NCBI RefSeq assembly: GCF_009914755.1
Contig: NC_060925.1
Source: the human T2T-CHM13v2.0 reference genome, Homo sapiens
Strand: one strand, 5' to 3'
Length of the DNA stretch: 64,000 nt
A program made the position numbers and the translations under genes. The notes below the pieces were generated by a model. It searched no databases, had not been told where the DNA came from, and worked only from the letters and a program-made list of their open reading frames with translations. This document shows, in pieces, positions 12,264-24,830 of the stretch; the first letter of the stretch is position 1; every line of letters starts with the position of its first letter.

Positions 12264-12849
12264 GCAGGTTTCATACCACCTTTGAGCATCAGTCTCCCTC
12301 CTACTTCTGGCCCCAGGAAACTCTTCCATATCTCTAGTCTCAACAGAGTCTGGGGGGTGCAGATTGACCTTAGAGTAGTGTCTGTCCCTGTACCACAGGT
12401 AGCTTCAGCTTTCCCAAGAGCAAGCCCTGCATTAGTCTTATGTCTCCCCACATCTTTCAATGGTACGATGGAAGCTTCCTTGACATTAGGCTGAAAGTGA
12501 AGCAATTAGCATCCCCCACAACCCTCCCCTGACTCTTTTGGATGGAGGTAGAATCTCCAAGACAGTAACTGCTCTCTTCGTACATCCTTTGTTTTCTCTA
12601 CATTCTTATCCTTTCTTATTCTCTTGATCTGCCCTGGATCCCAAGAGTCCTGGATCTGGTTCTCTGAGTTTCTTTTGGTATCTGTTATCTGAAACGTGGG
12701 ATTACAAAGGACATGAAAGATAGACTATCACATTGGTGTTTCAATAAAAATAAAAGAGTCCCAACATCCTAAACAATATATACATACTTTTCACATGGTT
12801 TCAGGGATTTAAGCCAATGAATAGAAGCCAGGGCAAGAGTGCTTAGGTT

Positions 12850-13545
12850 AGACTCATTGATTCAGTTTTTATTAAGTTCCGGCTACATCCTATATCTTAT
12901 ATTAATTGGACATCAACTAATCCAATAGGGATACAGGGAGTAAATATGTTTGGGCCCTTACCTTTTAAAATATGTAAACCAGTTATCAGAGTATTCTGTG
13001 ATAAATGCTATAACGGAATAGGGAGGTGTGGGGGAAAGCATTGGTGTCAATTAAGGAAATAAAGAAAAGTCTCAGAAGAGATGATACTTTAAAGGAGACT
13101 CAAGGTAGAAAAAATGGGGTAGAGGTGGTTGAGGGCACCCCAAAGGAAAGGATCACCACACATAAAAGTGGATAATTGTAACAGGATAGAGAAAGCAGTG
13201 TTCCCAGGGGCACCTGATGGAAGATGAGTTTAGAAAAGGTAGCAGGGGTGTGGGGCCTTGATTGCCTCACTCAGGAGGTCCTCTAAACATTCTTCCAAGT
13301 CTCCAAGTCTCCATGTTGCTCATCAGGATTAACTCCAGATGAGTGAAATAGGCAGGAAGCCATGGTGGAGCATCTTTAGTAATTGAGGCATGAGATTTTG
13401 ACAGCCTGGATGAAGGTTGGGGAGCAATGGTGGAAGAGGTAGAATTAGTAAAACTTGAATGTAGCAGAAGGGAGAGGAAAAGTCTAATATGACTAAGGTT
13501 CATGGCTTAGGAAATAGAGTGGCTATTTTCAGAGGGAAAAAGAAC
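12850..13545 (-). mobile_element. L2 fragments
   Basis: CATTGATTCAGTTTTTATTAAG (reverse L2 tail) followed by purine-rich L2-like sequence. Confidence 0.5.
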
Positions 13546-13585
13546 ACAGGTGGAAGCAGTGCAAGATGGTGAAATAGAAAGTTCT

Positions 13586-13902
13586 GGCCGGGCACGGTGG
13601 CTCACACCTGTAATCCCAGCATTTTGGGAGGCCGAGGTGGGCAGATCATGAGGTTAGGAGATCGAGACCATCCTGGCTAACACGATGAAACCCCATCTCT
13701 ACTAAAAATACAAAAAATTAGGCGAGCGTGGTGGCAGGTGCCTGTAGTCCCAGCTACTCAGGAGTCTGAGGCAGGAGAATGGCATGAACCTGGGAGGCAG
13801 AGCTTGCAGTGAGCAGAGAGCACACCACTGCACTGCAGCCTGGGTGACTGAGTGAGACTCCATCTCAAAACAAAACAAAACAAAACAAAAAAATAAATAA
13901 AA
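13586..13902 (+). mobile_element. AluY in L1 5'UTR
   Basis: Y diagnostics (GAGATCGAGACCATCCTGGCTAACACG, AGAATGGC.TGAACC, GAGCTTGCAGTGAG). (CAAAA)n tail. TSD core AGAAAGTT (13576-13583 / 13903-13910). Confidence 0.95.
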
Positions 13903-14929
13903 AGAAAGTTTCACCAAACATCCCCTGCCCCACAAGGACACCAAGTTAACAGCTCTCTACACAGAAAAAGACATCTTTATAAAGAACCAAGGGTCAGCTG
14001 AGCCCTCTGAGTACCTGGTTTTATTTCATATTGCTGAAAGAGGCACTGAAGAGTTGGAGAAACAGTCCTAAATCACCATCACCACCTCTCCCCTAGCCCC
14101 AGCAACACCTATGTGGATTGTCAGTGCTGAGGGAGGGAGAACACAGCAAAATAAATTGCTGAGGGAGGGAGAACACAGTAATTGTGAGGCAATGAACTCA
14201 GTGATGTTCTGTTAGAGCAGAAAGGAAACCTGGACAAAACTCAGCTGATCCACACCCATGAAGGAAGCATTTAAACCACCCCTAGCCAGAGGAGAATCCC
14301 CGATCCCAGCAGTCTGAACTTGAATTCCCACAAACCTTACCACCAAGGTCCTAAGTGGTCTTGGTCTTCAAGTAATCTTGAAAGGCAGTCTAGGCCATAA
14401 TGACTGCAACCTGTAGGCAAGTCCTAGAGCTGAACTAGGTCCAGAGACAGTGTTCTCGGGGGTACACTACCTACTGAGACACCAGCTGGGGCAGTAGAGG
14501 GAGTGCTAGCATCACCCCTTCCCTAATCCCAGGCTGTACAGCTCACAGCTCCAAAAGAGACCCCCTTCCTTCCACTTGAGAAGGAAGAATGGGAAGGACT
14601 TTATCTTGTACTTTGGATACCAGCTCAGCCATAGAAGGATGATAGGGCACCAGAGTCAAGAGGCCCCTTTTCTAGGCCTTAGCCCCCCAGACAACATTTC
14701 TAGAGACACACCCTGGGCCAGAAGAGAACCAGCTGCCTTGAAGGAAAGAACAGTCCTGCCAGCATTAATCACCAGCTAAAGTGCTGAAGGAAAAACCTTT
14801 TACCCTAGAGTAGTACATCCGCAAAAATATTCTTCAAACATGGAGAAATAAAGACTTTCCCAGACTAATAAAACCCAAGGTATTTCATCATCCTATACCA
14901 GACCCATCCTATAAGAAATGCTAAAGGGA

Positions 14930-15343
<414 letters not shown>

Positions 15344-18300
15344 CTATATTATAAACACTAACTGTGTATAAACTACTCTTATCCTAAGTAGAAAGACTAA
15401 TGAATTGATCAAAAATAATAATGACAACAACTTCAAGAAACAGTACAATAAGTACAAACAAAAACAAAAAGTTCAAAAGTGAGGGGCAAACTTAAGATGC
15501 ATTTTTAGTTCTCTTTTTGCTTGCATGTTTATGCCAGCCTTGTGGCAACCTCAAACCAAAAAACATGCAACAGATACACAAAAAAAAATAAGGAAGAAAC
15601 TAAATTATATCAGAGAAAATCATCTTCACTAGAGGGAGACAGGAAGGAAAGAAATACCATAGAACAACCAGAAAATAACAAAATGACAGGAGTCTTTATC
15701 AATAATGACATTGAATGTAAGTGAACTAAACTCTCCAGTCAAGAGACAGACTGGCTAAATGGATGAAAAAAGAAGACTCATTGATCTGTTGCCTACAAGA
15801 AACCCACTTCACCTATAAAGACACACATAGCTTGAAATTAAAAAGATAGAAAATATCTCATGCCGACAAAAACAAAAATAAAACCAGGAGTCACTATCCT
15901 TACATCAGACAAAATAGATTTCAAGACAAATACTATAGGAGACAAAGAAGGTCACTATATAATGATAAAGGGGTCAATTCAGCAAAAGGATGTAACAATT
16001 TTAAATATATATGCACTCAAAATAATGGGAGTACCTAGATATATAAGGGAAATATTAGAGCTAGAAAGATAGACCTTAATAGAGTAATAGCTGGGAGACT
16101 TCAACACCGTACTTTCAGCATTAGACAGATATTCCAGACAGAAAATCAGAGACTTAATCTGCATTATAGACCAAATGGATCTGATATTTACAAAACATTT
16201 CATCCAAGAGCTGCAAAGTACACATTCATTTCCTCAGCACACAGATCATTCTCAAGGATAGACCATATGTTAGGTCACAAAACAAGTCTCAAAACATTCA
16301 GAAAATTGAAATAATATCAAGCATCTTATCTGACCACAATGAAATAAAACTGAAAACAAGAGGAATTTGGGAAACTATACAAATACATAGAAATTAAACA
16401 ATGTTTCTCATGAAAAGTGGGTCAATGAAGAAGTTAAAGAAACTGAAAACCTTCCTAAAACAAGTGATAATGGAAACAACATGCCAAAACCTGTGGGATA
16501 CAGCAAAAGCAGTAATCAGAGGGAAGTTTATAGCTATAAGTCCCTACATCTAAAAGAGGAAAAACTTTAAATGTTACATCCTGAACGAGAAAAGCGAGAG
16601 CAAACCAAACCCAAAATTAGAAGAAACAAAGACTAGAGCAGAAATAAGTGAAAAAAATACAAAAGATCAATGAAATAAAAGGTTGGTTTTCTGAAAAGTT
16701 AAATAAAAACAAACCTTTGGCCAGACTAAGAAAAAAAGAAGATCTAAATAAATAAAATCAGAAATGAAAAAGGAGACATTACAACTCATACTACAGAAAT
16801 TCAAAGGATCATTAGTGGCTGCCATGAGCAACTATCTGCCAATAAATTGGAAAATCTGAAGAAGTTGATGAATTCCTAGATATGTATGACCTACCAAGAT
16901 TGAACCAGGAAGAAATTCAAAACCTGAACAGACTAATAACAAGTAACGAGATCAAAGCTGCAATAAAACATCTTCCAGTAAAGAAAAGCCCAGGACCTGA
17001 TGGCTTATTGCTGAATTCTACCAAACATTTAAAGAATAACTAATATCAATTCTACTCAAACATATTCCAAGAAATAGAGGAGGGGAGAATACTTCCAAAC
17101 TCATTCTATGAGGCTAGTGGTGCCAAAACCAGAGAAATACACATCAACAGAAGAAAACTACAGGCTAATAACTGTTGAATATTGATGCAAAAATCCTAAG
17201 AATATATATTAGCAAACAATTTCAACAATACATTAGAAAGACCATTCATCATGACCATGTGAGATTTATCTCTGGGATGTAAGATGGTTCAAGATATGCA
17301 AAAATAAATAAAATATATATCAACAGAAAGAATGATAAAAACCATACAACCATTCCAGTTGATGCTGAAAAAGCATTTGATAAGATTTAACAGCCCTTCA
17401 TAATAAAAACCCCAAAGAAACTGGGTATAGAAGGAACCTACCTCAACATAATAAAAGTCATATGACAGACCCACAGCTAGTATCCTACTGAATGGGAAGA
17501 ACTGAAAGCCTTTTCTCTAAAATCTGGAACACAACAAGGATGTCCACCGTCACCACTGTTATTCAACATATTCCTAGAAGTCCTAGCTAGAGCAATCAGA
17601 CAAGAGAAAGACATAAAGGACATCGAAATTGGAAAGGAAGAAGTCAAATTATCCTTGTTTGCTGATGAAAAACCTAAAGACTTCACAAGAAAACTATTAT
17701 GACTGATAAATCTAGTAAAGTTGCAAGATGTAAAAACCCACATACAAAAATCAGTAGCATTTTTATATGCCAACAGTGAACAATGTAAAAAAAATTTAAA
17801 AAGCAATTGCATTTATTATAGCTACTTATAAGATTAAATACCTGGAAATTATGTTAACCAAATAAGTGAAAAATCTCTATAATGAAAACTACGAAACACT
17901 GATGAAAATTTAAAGAGGACACAAAAAATGGCAAAATACTCTGTGCATGGATTTCAAGAATCAATAGTTAAAATGTCCATACTTCCCAAAGCAATCTACA
18001 GATTCAATTCAATCCCTATCAAAATACCAATGACATTCTTCATGAAAAAAGAAAAAAAAATCCTAAGATTTATGTGGAATCACAAAAGGCCCAGAATAGC
18101 CAAAGCTATCATAAGCAAAAAGGACAAAACTGGAGGAACCGCATTACTTGACTTCAAAATTATACCACAGAGTTTAGTAAACAAAACAGCATGGTAGTGG
18201 CATAAAAACAGACACATAGACCAATGGATCGGAATAGAGAGCCCAGAAACAATTCTACACACCTATGGTAAACTCATTTTTGATAAAGGTGCCAAGAATA

Positions 18301-20059
18301 TATCCTGGGGAAAAGACAGTCTCTTCGATAAATGGTGCTGGGAAAACTGGATATCCATATGCAAAATAATGGAACTAGACCCCTATCTCTCACCATATAC
18401 AAAAATCAAATCAAAATGGGTTACATACTTAAATCTAAGACCTCAGACTATGAAACTCCTACAGACTATGAAAACACTGGGGAAAATCTCCAGGACACTG
18501 GTCAGGGCAAAGACTTCTTGAGCACTATCCCACAAAGCACAGACAACCAAGCAAACATGGACAAATGGGATCACATTAAGTTAAAAAGCTTCTGCATAGC
18601 AAATGATACAATCAAAGTAAAGAGACAACCCACAGAATGAGAAAATATAGTTGCAAACTACTACTCTGACAAGAGATTAATAACCAAGATATATAAGGAA
18701 TTCAAACTCTAGAAAAAAAGCTAATCTGATCAGAAGATGGGCAAAAGATTTGAATTAGACATTTCTCAAAAGACAAATGTCAAACAGGCATAGAAAAAGG
18801 TGCTCAACATCATTGATTAGAGAAATTTAAATGAAAACCATAATGAGATGTCATCTCACCCCAGTTACAATGGCTTATATCCAAAAGAAAGGCAGTAACA
18901 AATGCTGGTGAGGATGTGTAGAAAAGGGAATCCTTGTATACTATTAGTGGAATGTAAGTTAGTACAACCACTATGGAAAGCAGTTTAGAGGCTCCTCAAA
19001 AAACTAAAAGTTTAACTATCATGTGATCTAGCAATCTTACTGCTGGTTATATACCCCAAAGGAGGGAAATCAGTATAGAGTATAGATAAGAGAAGCTATG
19101 AGCATTGGTCAGAGGAGCCATATCAAGAATTAGCTTCAAAGAGTAAACCAGTTGTAAGAATAGGAATTGAATTAAAGTGCTGGGGCTGACACATCAGCCT
19201 AAGGACCCTGACCAGACCAGCAACTATGGTTCCTATGCCTATCAAATCTCTCCAATAATCTTTATGTATGAGAAAAAAAAGACTTTCATTTGGTTTTTAT
19301 GCATCACCTCTACTCCTGCCCACAAATAATTCATGGGGCATCCCTGTCAATTGTCTATCCTCCCTTACTTCCAATGGCAGAGGCACCTGCTTCTGGATTC
19401 TGCCCTTTGCTTTATAGATAGCTCTCTCTGACTGCTATGTTTTATTTCAATATTGAGTGTATCTGATGTTTATAAAATACTGCTCAGTGAATGGCAAAAA
19501 TAAAGAAGCACTGTCTATGCTTTTTTATGTACACAAACATTAGGAAAAGTTAAATGTATGATTCTATAAAGTTTCAAGAGATTCTTTGATTACTCTTTGC
19601 TTATTGAAACTGTTGGTTTCAATAAAAAAAAATAAGCATTTTTTTCCAGTCTTTGGAAGAGGCTGTGACTCTGAGTCATTGCAGAGTTACTCTGTGAGAA
19701 CCAAGCAGTTCATCATAATTTCAGGATATTGAAGACAAGTCAGAGATAAGAGTCAAAAAAGAGGTAAATGGACTGCAAATATTACCTAGGGGGCAAAGGG
19801 AGTGACCAAGGAGGTGAAACCAAGGCCAGTTGTCAAGGGTCAGTGGTTACAGGTCATATCCTAAGTCAGGAGGCATTGCATCATAGTTGAAAAATGAAAC
19901 CTCAAGGCAGTAAGGACTTGGCTGATATTAGGGTCACCAGATGCCAAGGTGGCTAAGAGTTGTAACAAAAGTTAACAAGTTATGGACAAAAGTTAACTTA
20001 AGAATGTTAATTGTGGAGCACTTTAGAATAGTGTCAAGAGTAAGACTTGAGTATCTGAC

Positions 20060-20370
20060 GAATTTCTCCCAAGCACCAGAATCACACATACAGCCACAGA
20101 CTCAATATCTCCACTTTATTGTCTCCCACCTCGTACATGGCCAAACCCAGGGCCATAGGCATAAGCTAAGGGAAACATGCTGCTGCATAAGTGGTGGGTC
20201 TGAGCTACCTGTTTATTAGCTTGTTTGAGACTTCCAGTTCCGCCCATGTTTGATCTTTAATGTACCATTTCAATCTTTTGATGGAGTGTTGCTGGGCCCA
20301 TCTGACCTTATGACTTGGTGGGTCTGGCAGGATTCAGCTCATGATGGGGAGTGTGGGGGTATTATAACAT
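20060..20370 (-). mobile_element. ERVL-class internal pol fragment (tether/RNase H-adjacent region)
   Basis: Reverse strand reads ...LPIMS*ILPDPPSHKVRWAQQHSIKRLKWYIKD..., like the ERVL LPIMSWVLSDPPSHKVGRAQQHSIIKWKWYI motif. Confidence 0.75.
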
Positions 20371-20539
20371 TCAATTTGGTGGTGGTAGTTGAGAGCAGTT
20401 TGAAGGACTAACTGGTGATAGTACAAAAATACCCAGTCTCTCTTCTGTTTCTACTTCTATCAAAGAAAACATTTTTCAAGCTATGAAATAGTTATGAGGG
20501 CATAAACAAAGTTAGGGAAAAGATCAACTAAATTATAAA

Positions 20540-20900
20540 CTATAAAGTTATCTCTACTTTTTCTAGGCTCAGAAGAGCACATCTGAAAGTAATTTTTCAG
20601 AACTTGTAGGTTTGACATAAGGATACTTCTGTTAATCAGAGAAAGAATAGGTTGCAAGAGTTGAAAATATGCAACTTTTGTAAAAGGATAAGGTAGAGTT
20701 TTGAAAGTTATAGGTCAGTGAGCTTAATGTCAACTCCTAGTAAATTTTAGAAAAGATTACTAAGCATGTGGAGAAGTAATAAAGAAGAAAGAACTATCTA
20801 TGAGGAACTACTATGTTAAATACCTTACTACATGAATTCCTTTTAAAAAGGAAGTTTTAAATTGGTAAAATAAAAAGTTGTACAGTTATCCATTAGAGAT
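20540..20900 (+). mobile_element. L3/CR1 LINE RT-region fragment
   Basis: AAGGTAGAGTTTTGAAAGTTATAGGTCAGTGAGCTTAATGTCAACTCCTAGTAAATTTTAGAAAAGATTACTAA resembles the CR1 'GNYRPVSLTSIPGKILEQII' coding sequence. Upstream GGCTCAGA...GAACTTGTAG resembles 'GPD...ELA'. Confidence 0.7.
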
Positions 20901-20920
20901 GATATGGCATTGCTCAAAAA

Positions 20921-22330
20921 AGCTAACATAGGCCTGGGGATAACAGTGAATGTACATTGTCCATTTCAGGGGCCCGTGTTGTGATTGTCATCCTAGGACT
21001 TACCATAAATTCCACACACATTTTTCCCCAGTGGAAACTTCTATCATAGGGTTTGCCAGATCATATGGCCCAAGCAACAGGGCTGATTGCGTCATGGCCT
21101 GGACAAGCATCTGTTTGTTTTTGGTTTTTTTTTTCCTGCTCTGGGTCTGGTCAAGGCTGTCAGGCTTTCGCATCACCTGGGACATAAGCCAGAGCAGCTT
21201 CCCTGTGTGTGGGATCAGCTTCCTCCAGAACCTGAGGCCCATCAGGCATTGTGCTTCCTCCTTTGTGGCAGGAGATACAAGTGGCAGTGATTTGTTTTTT
21301 TTACTTTAGGGGAAATTTGAGAATACCTTTGACCATTGGACCTCTAAATATTTTATGGATATGGCAAACCTTTTAATATTCTGGAGTATATGTGTCTTAC
21401 CAAGGCTGCCAGTATGCGGGCTAACTTACTCATCTGGATCAATCAACAGAAGTTCATTGATGTAATAGATCATTGTAATGTTCTACAGGGTATCTAGATG
21501 GTCCAGATAACTTTAAACTTATGAGATAAGGCAGAAAAGTTAACTTAGGCCTGGGGATAACAGTGAATGTATATTGCTCATTCCATCTGGCTAACAGGAC
21601 AGCCGCCATTGCATGTTTTAGTGATACTAGTGTTCTACTCACTGGCACATTTTCTACTGCCTTCATAAAATTGCCCTCAGCATCTTCCTATGGGACACAT
21701 CTGTTGGGTCTTCCAGTCATACATTATATACCCTTCAGCAAGTCTGTTTCTAAGCTTTTTAATACCTTCTTTTGCCACTTAAGCACAGCATTTTTTTTTT
21801 TGCATTTAAGCTTCGCTGAGTATGAGCTACAACGTCCATGCTTCTAGAAGCCATCATAATAGCAGATTCATACCATTTCCTGAGATCCTTGGCAGGCTGT
21901 TAAGTCCTGCCATTGTAGGAGATTGTGCCCAAATAAACTTTTCTTTATTTGCCCTCTTTGATCAACCATGTCAGAAGTCAGTTCTCCGTGTATTCTATCC
22001 TTTTCTGGTAACATATTGGCTAGGAGAAGGCTTCCTATCCATGTTTCCAGATATGACTAGGCTTAGTTACAGCATAATCTAAGCTTGGTCACCAGGAGGA
22101 TAGAAGAGGTGCAGTTAGGTCACAAAATCTCTGCAATTCTTACAGCACTTTATTTGGCAAAGGGATGGGTGCTAATTCTTAGTAAACAAGGGAAGGCCTC
22201 ATATGCAAGCACAGAAGATTCACATAGGTTAGGGGACCAAAATCTTCAGAGGTATCAACCCAAATGCATCTATATTCCATGTATTATGTTCAAGATTATA
22301 AATATCAAATGGGATCATAAATACGATGGG
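20921..22330 (-). mobile_element. ERVL-class internal fragment (gag remnant fused to RT; ERV3-16A3/HERVL-like)
   Basis: ORF 21454..21666 contains WNEQYTFTVIP (RT). ORF 21000..21242 contains GLRFWRKLIPH and ALLLGPYDLANPMIEVS...VWNLW. Gag-like sequence lies at >21620. Confidence 0.82.
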
Positions 22331-22434
22331 GAAAAATAAGGGGCACCTGGGACAGTTGCCACAATGATAAACATTTCTGCAGTCTCCTTATTTGTTGTGG
22401 GTATGTGTGTTTGTAAAATGATATTGGTCAGAGA

Positions 22435-22497
22435 AGATCAGGCCACTGAGCAAATAGATCAGGCCACTGAGCAAATAGATCAGGCCAGTGAGCAAAA
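22435..22497. repeat. 21-bp tandem repeat x3 (AGATCAGGCCACTGAGCAAAT)
   Basis: Two identical units and a third with 2 mismatches. Confidence 0.95.
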
Positions 22498-22989
22498 TAG
22501 TCACTGTTCTAGAATCAAAGCATTATCCCCCTTTTTCCCCATGCTGCTCCTGAACTTCCGGGCACTGGACTCTGTCTGCCTAGATCTATAGCCCACTTCT
22601 CCCTGCCTTACATAGCAATCATCCAGGGGCTTGTCTCTCAGGTTGACTGCAAGACTGCTCCCAGTCCTGATCCCTGTTGGCTAGCTCTGTCTAGATGCTT
22701 TCACATCAGGGTGACAGATGTACAGATTAACCTATGCTATTGCTACCACTGCTGGTAAGGAGTGTCTGCAGAAGAGACTTTGACTTAGTGCAGCTAATCA
22801 GGTCTCATCACCACCACTGACTACCCAGGTGTTCTCATGGAAGTTATCAAACCTCTTATAACACCTCAGTTAAACAGGAATACAATCCCCACAAACAGTA
22901 AATGTATTCAACACAAGAATAGGTGAAATTATATTTCTATGACGTGTAGATTCTATGTACTGCTCAATGTCACAATAGATGACACACAT

Positions 22990-23338
22990 TGATTAGGATG
23001 AGTTTGACAGTTTTTCCAGTTGGCTATATTAGAGATGTAGCAGTAAAGGAACCATAAGGCATAGTCCAACTTGGGGCTTGGGCCAGCTGAAGAATGAGGG
23101 AATGGCAGTGGTTCCTGGAAGCTTCAAGGAGAGATTGTAGAGAAGGAGTTAGATTAAGTACACGGAACGTCACTCCCCCTTTTCTCCTGTCTGGTCCCCC
23201 ATTGGCTGAACTCAGCCAGATGTCAAAGAGCAGGGGAACACACTGATGTAGTTCATATAAGCCAGTCTCTCGGGCAGAGAGCAAAACAGGAAGGCTGGGG
23301 AGTGGATCCGAAAGGGCAAACAGAAGCTGCTTTGCACA
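22990..23338 (-). mobile_element. LTR33/LTR41-like ERVL LTR
   Basis: CCCCCATTGGCTGAACTCAGCCAGA...GAGTGGATCCGAAAGGGCAAACAGAAG...GCACA. Confidence 0.7.
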
Positions 23339-23559
23339 GTTGCAGCTTGGGTAGAAGAAAATGGCAACTGTATGTTAGAATTAATTCAACTAAAACTCTG
23401 GTTGCTAATAGATGTGTCAACCATTTAACAGTCCAAAATAAGAACAGAGAATATTTTCTAAAGATTTAGTATCCCCTAAACATTGGGCATTATGTTAAAT
23501 GGAAACTCCTATTAGGTCACCAATCTCTCAACAGCTTTTATGTTATAGGTATTAGCCTT

Positions 23560-23675
23560 TCTCATTCTCACTTGAGAGACTCAGTGGCTTGTCCAGGTCA
23601 TGTAGCTAAACAGTAAGCCAACTCAGACCCAGATTCTGTCTGACTCCACAACCTATGCTCTCTCCATTATAACAC
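23560..23675 (-). mobile_element. MIR fragment
   Basis: GTGGCTTGTCCAGGTCATGTAGCTA...TCTGTCTGACTCCA..ACCTATGCTCT. Confidence 0.65.
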
Positions 23676-24139
23676 GAAACCTCATTAAGATGTAAATACA
23701 TACAAAACTGGCCCTTTAAAAGATAAACAGCCCTATTGGGCAAGCTTGTTTGGAATTGGGAAGGTTAACAGAGGTAACTTCAACATGTGGGAAACAAGCT
23801 GATGAGAAAGGAAATCCTGTTCTTGTCTTGGCCCTATAAAGAAAACACTGAGCAAAATGCTGACACAGCTAACCTCCCAGAAAACCCCACAGACTGACTT
23901 CTGCCTAACAGAGCCTGGATTCATGTGGTCAAGTGCAGTTTGTAGTGGGTTATGTGGTTGTTTCCCTAGGTCACATGAAACTGAACCACATGAAGTCACC
24001 AACACCCTATTCTCTTCTGTACTGACAATTTTCCCTTTGATTCACCTTCCTAAATTTCCACTTATGTTATAGGTTACCAGCCACACAAGCAGGCTCACAG
24101 TAAAAACTATACGATAGCCAAGGGCAAAATGAGAAAGAT

Positions 24140-24310
24140 ACATTTTTGTTGAGTATAGTTTGTCAGGAAATACGCTGGGCACTTTTTACATTAAACAAAC
24201 ACTCAACTCTTTCTACGTACAACCACTTCAATCTTTAAGCTCTGTTGGCTTCATTTTACATAAGATGTAACTCAGAGGTTTAAGTGATTTGCTTAAAGTC
24301 ACACACAGGG
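24140..24310 (-). mobile_element. MIR fragment
   Basis: CATTTTACATAAGATG...CTCAGAGGTTTAAGTGATTTGCTTAAAGTCACAC. Confidence 0.6.
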
Positions 24311-24339
24311 CCTAAAAAAATGTGTGGATAGAATTTTTA

Positions 24340-24830
24340 CCCAGTTCTTCTAGAAACTTTAGACCTCTAGCCTGAGGTTAAAGATTCTGTGCTAACACTT
24401 TGCTGGGGAATAAAATTCCAAGGAAACAGGAGTTGGAGGCAAGGGAAGAGACAAGGAAAAAGGAATGGGGGAAGGGGAGAGGAGATCATTGTAACCATGC
24501 ATTCTGGGTTACCACAGCTTGGCAACAAGCCAATTACCTAGTCTTGCTGGGCACCTTTAGAGAAACCCTATGAAGCTGCTATGTCTCCAGACTGTCTCTT
24601 CAAGAATTTGTTCACCACCTCACACTGGACAGATATGGCTCCACTGGACACTTCTAGGTTGTTCAACTGAGGAAGTTAGTTCATCTGAACTGTGATATGA
24701 AAACCCCAGGGCAGAAGGCAAGGGGCGGTGGTATGGGCCTCAGGTAGGCACTGACAAGGCACACCCTTGAGGGACCCAAGGGATTAGGAGCAATCGACTC
24801 TGCTCCTAGTAGTGTCTGCAAGCACCTGTT
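24340..24830 (-). mobile_element. Old ERVL-type LTR (LTR16-like)
   Basis: Resembles reverse LTR16-family layout and the element at 43030-43640; highly diverged. Confidence 0.4.

Noticed and set aside
15521-18640. ORFs resembling endonuclease/reverse transcriptase
   Set aside because: Frameshifted fragments of L1 ORF2, not a functional RT system
21000-21666. RT-like ORFs near a tandem repeat (retron/DGR/CRISPR-like idea)
   Set aside because: Decayed ERVL pol with stops and deletions in primate DNA. The 21-bp repeat at 22435 has no spacers, and the 46-bp duplicate shows no adenine-specific variation.
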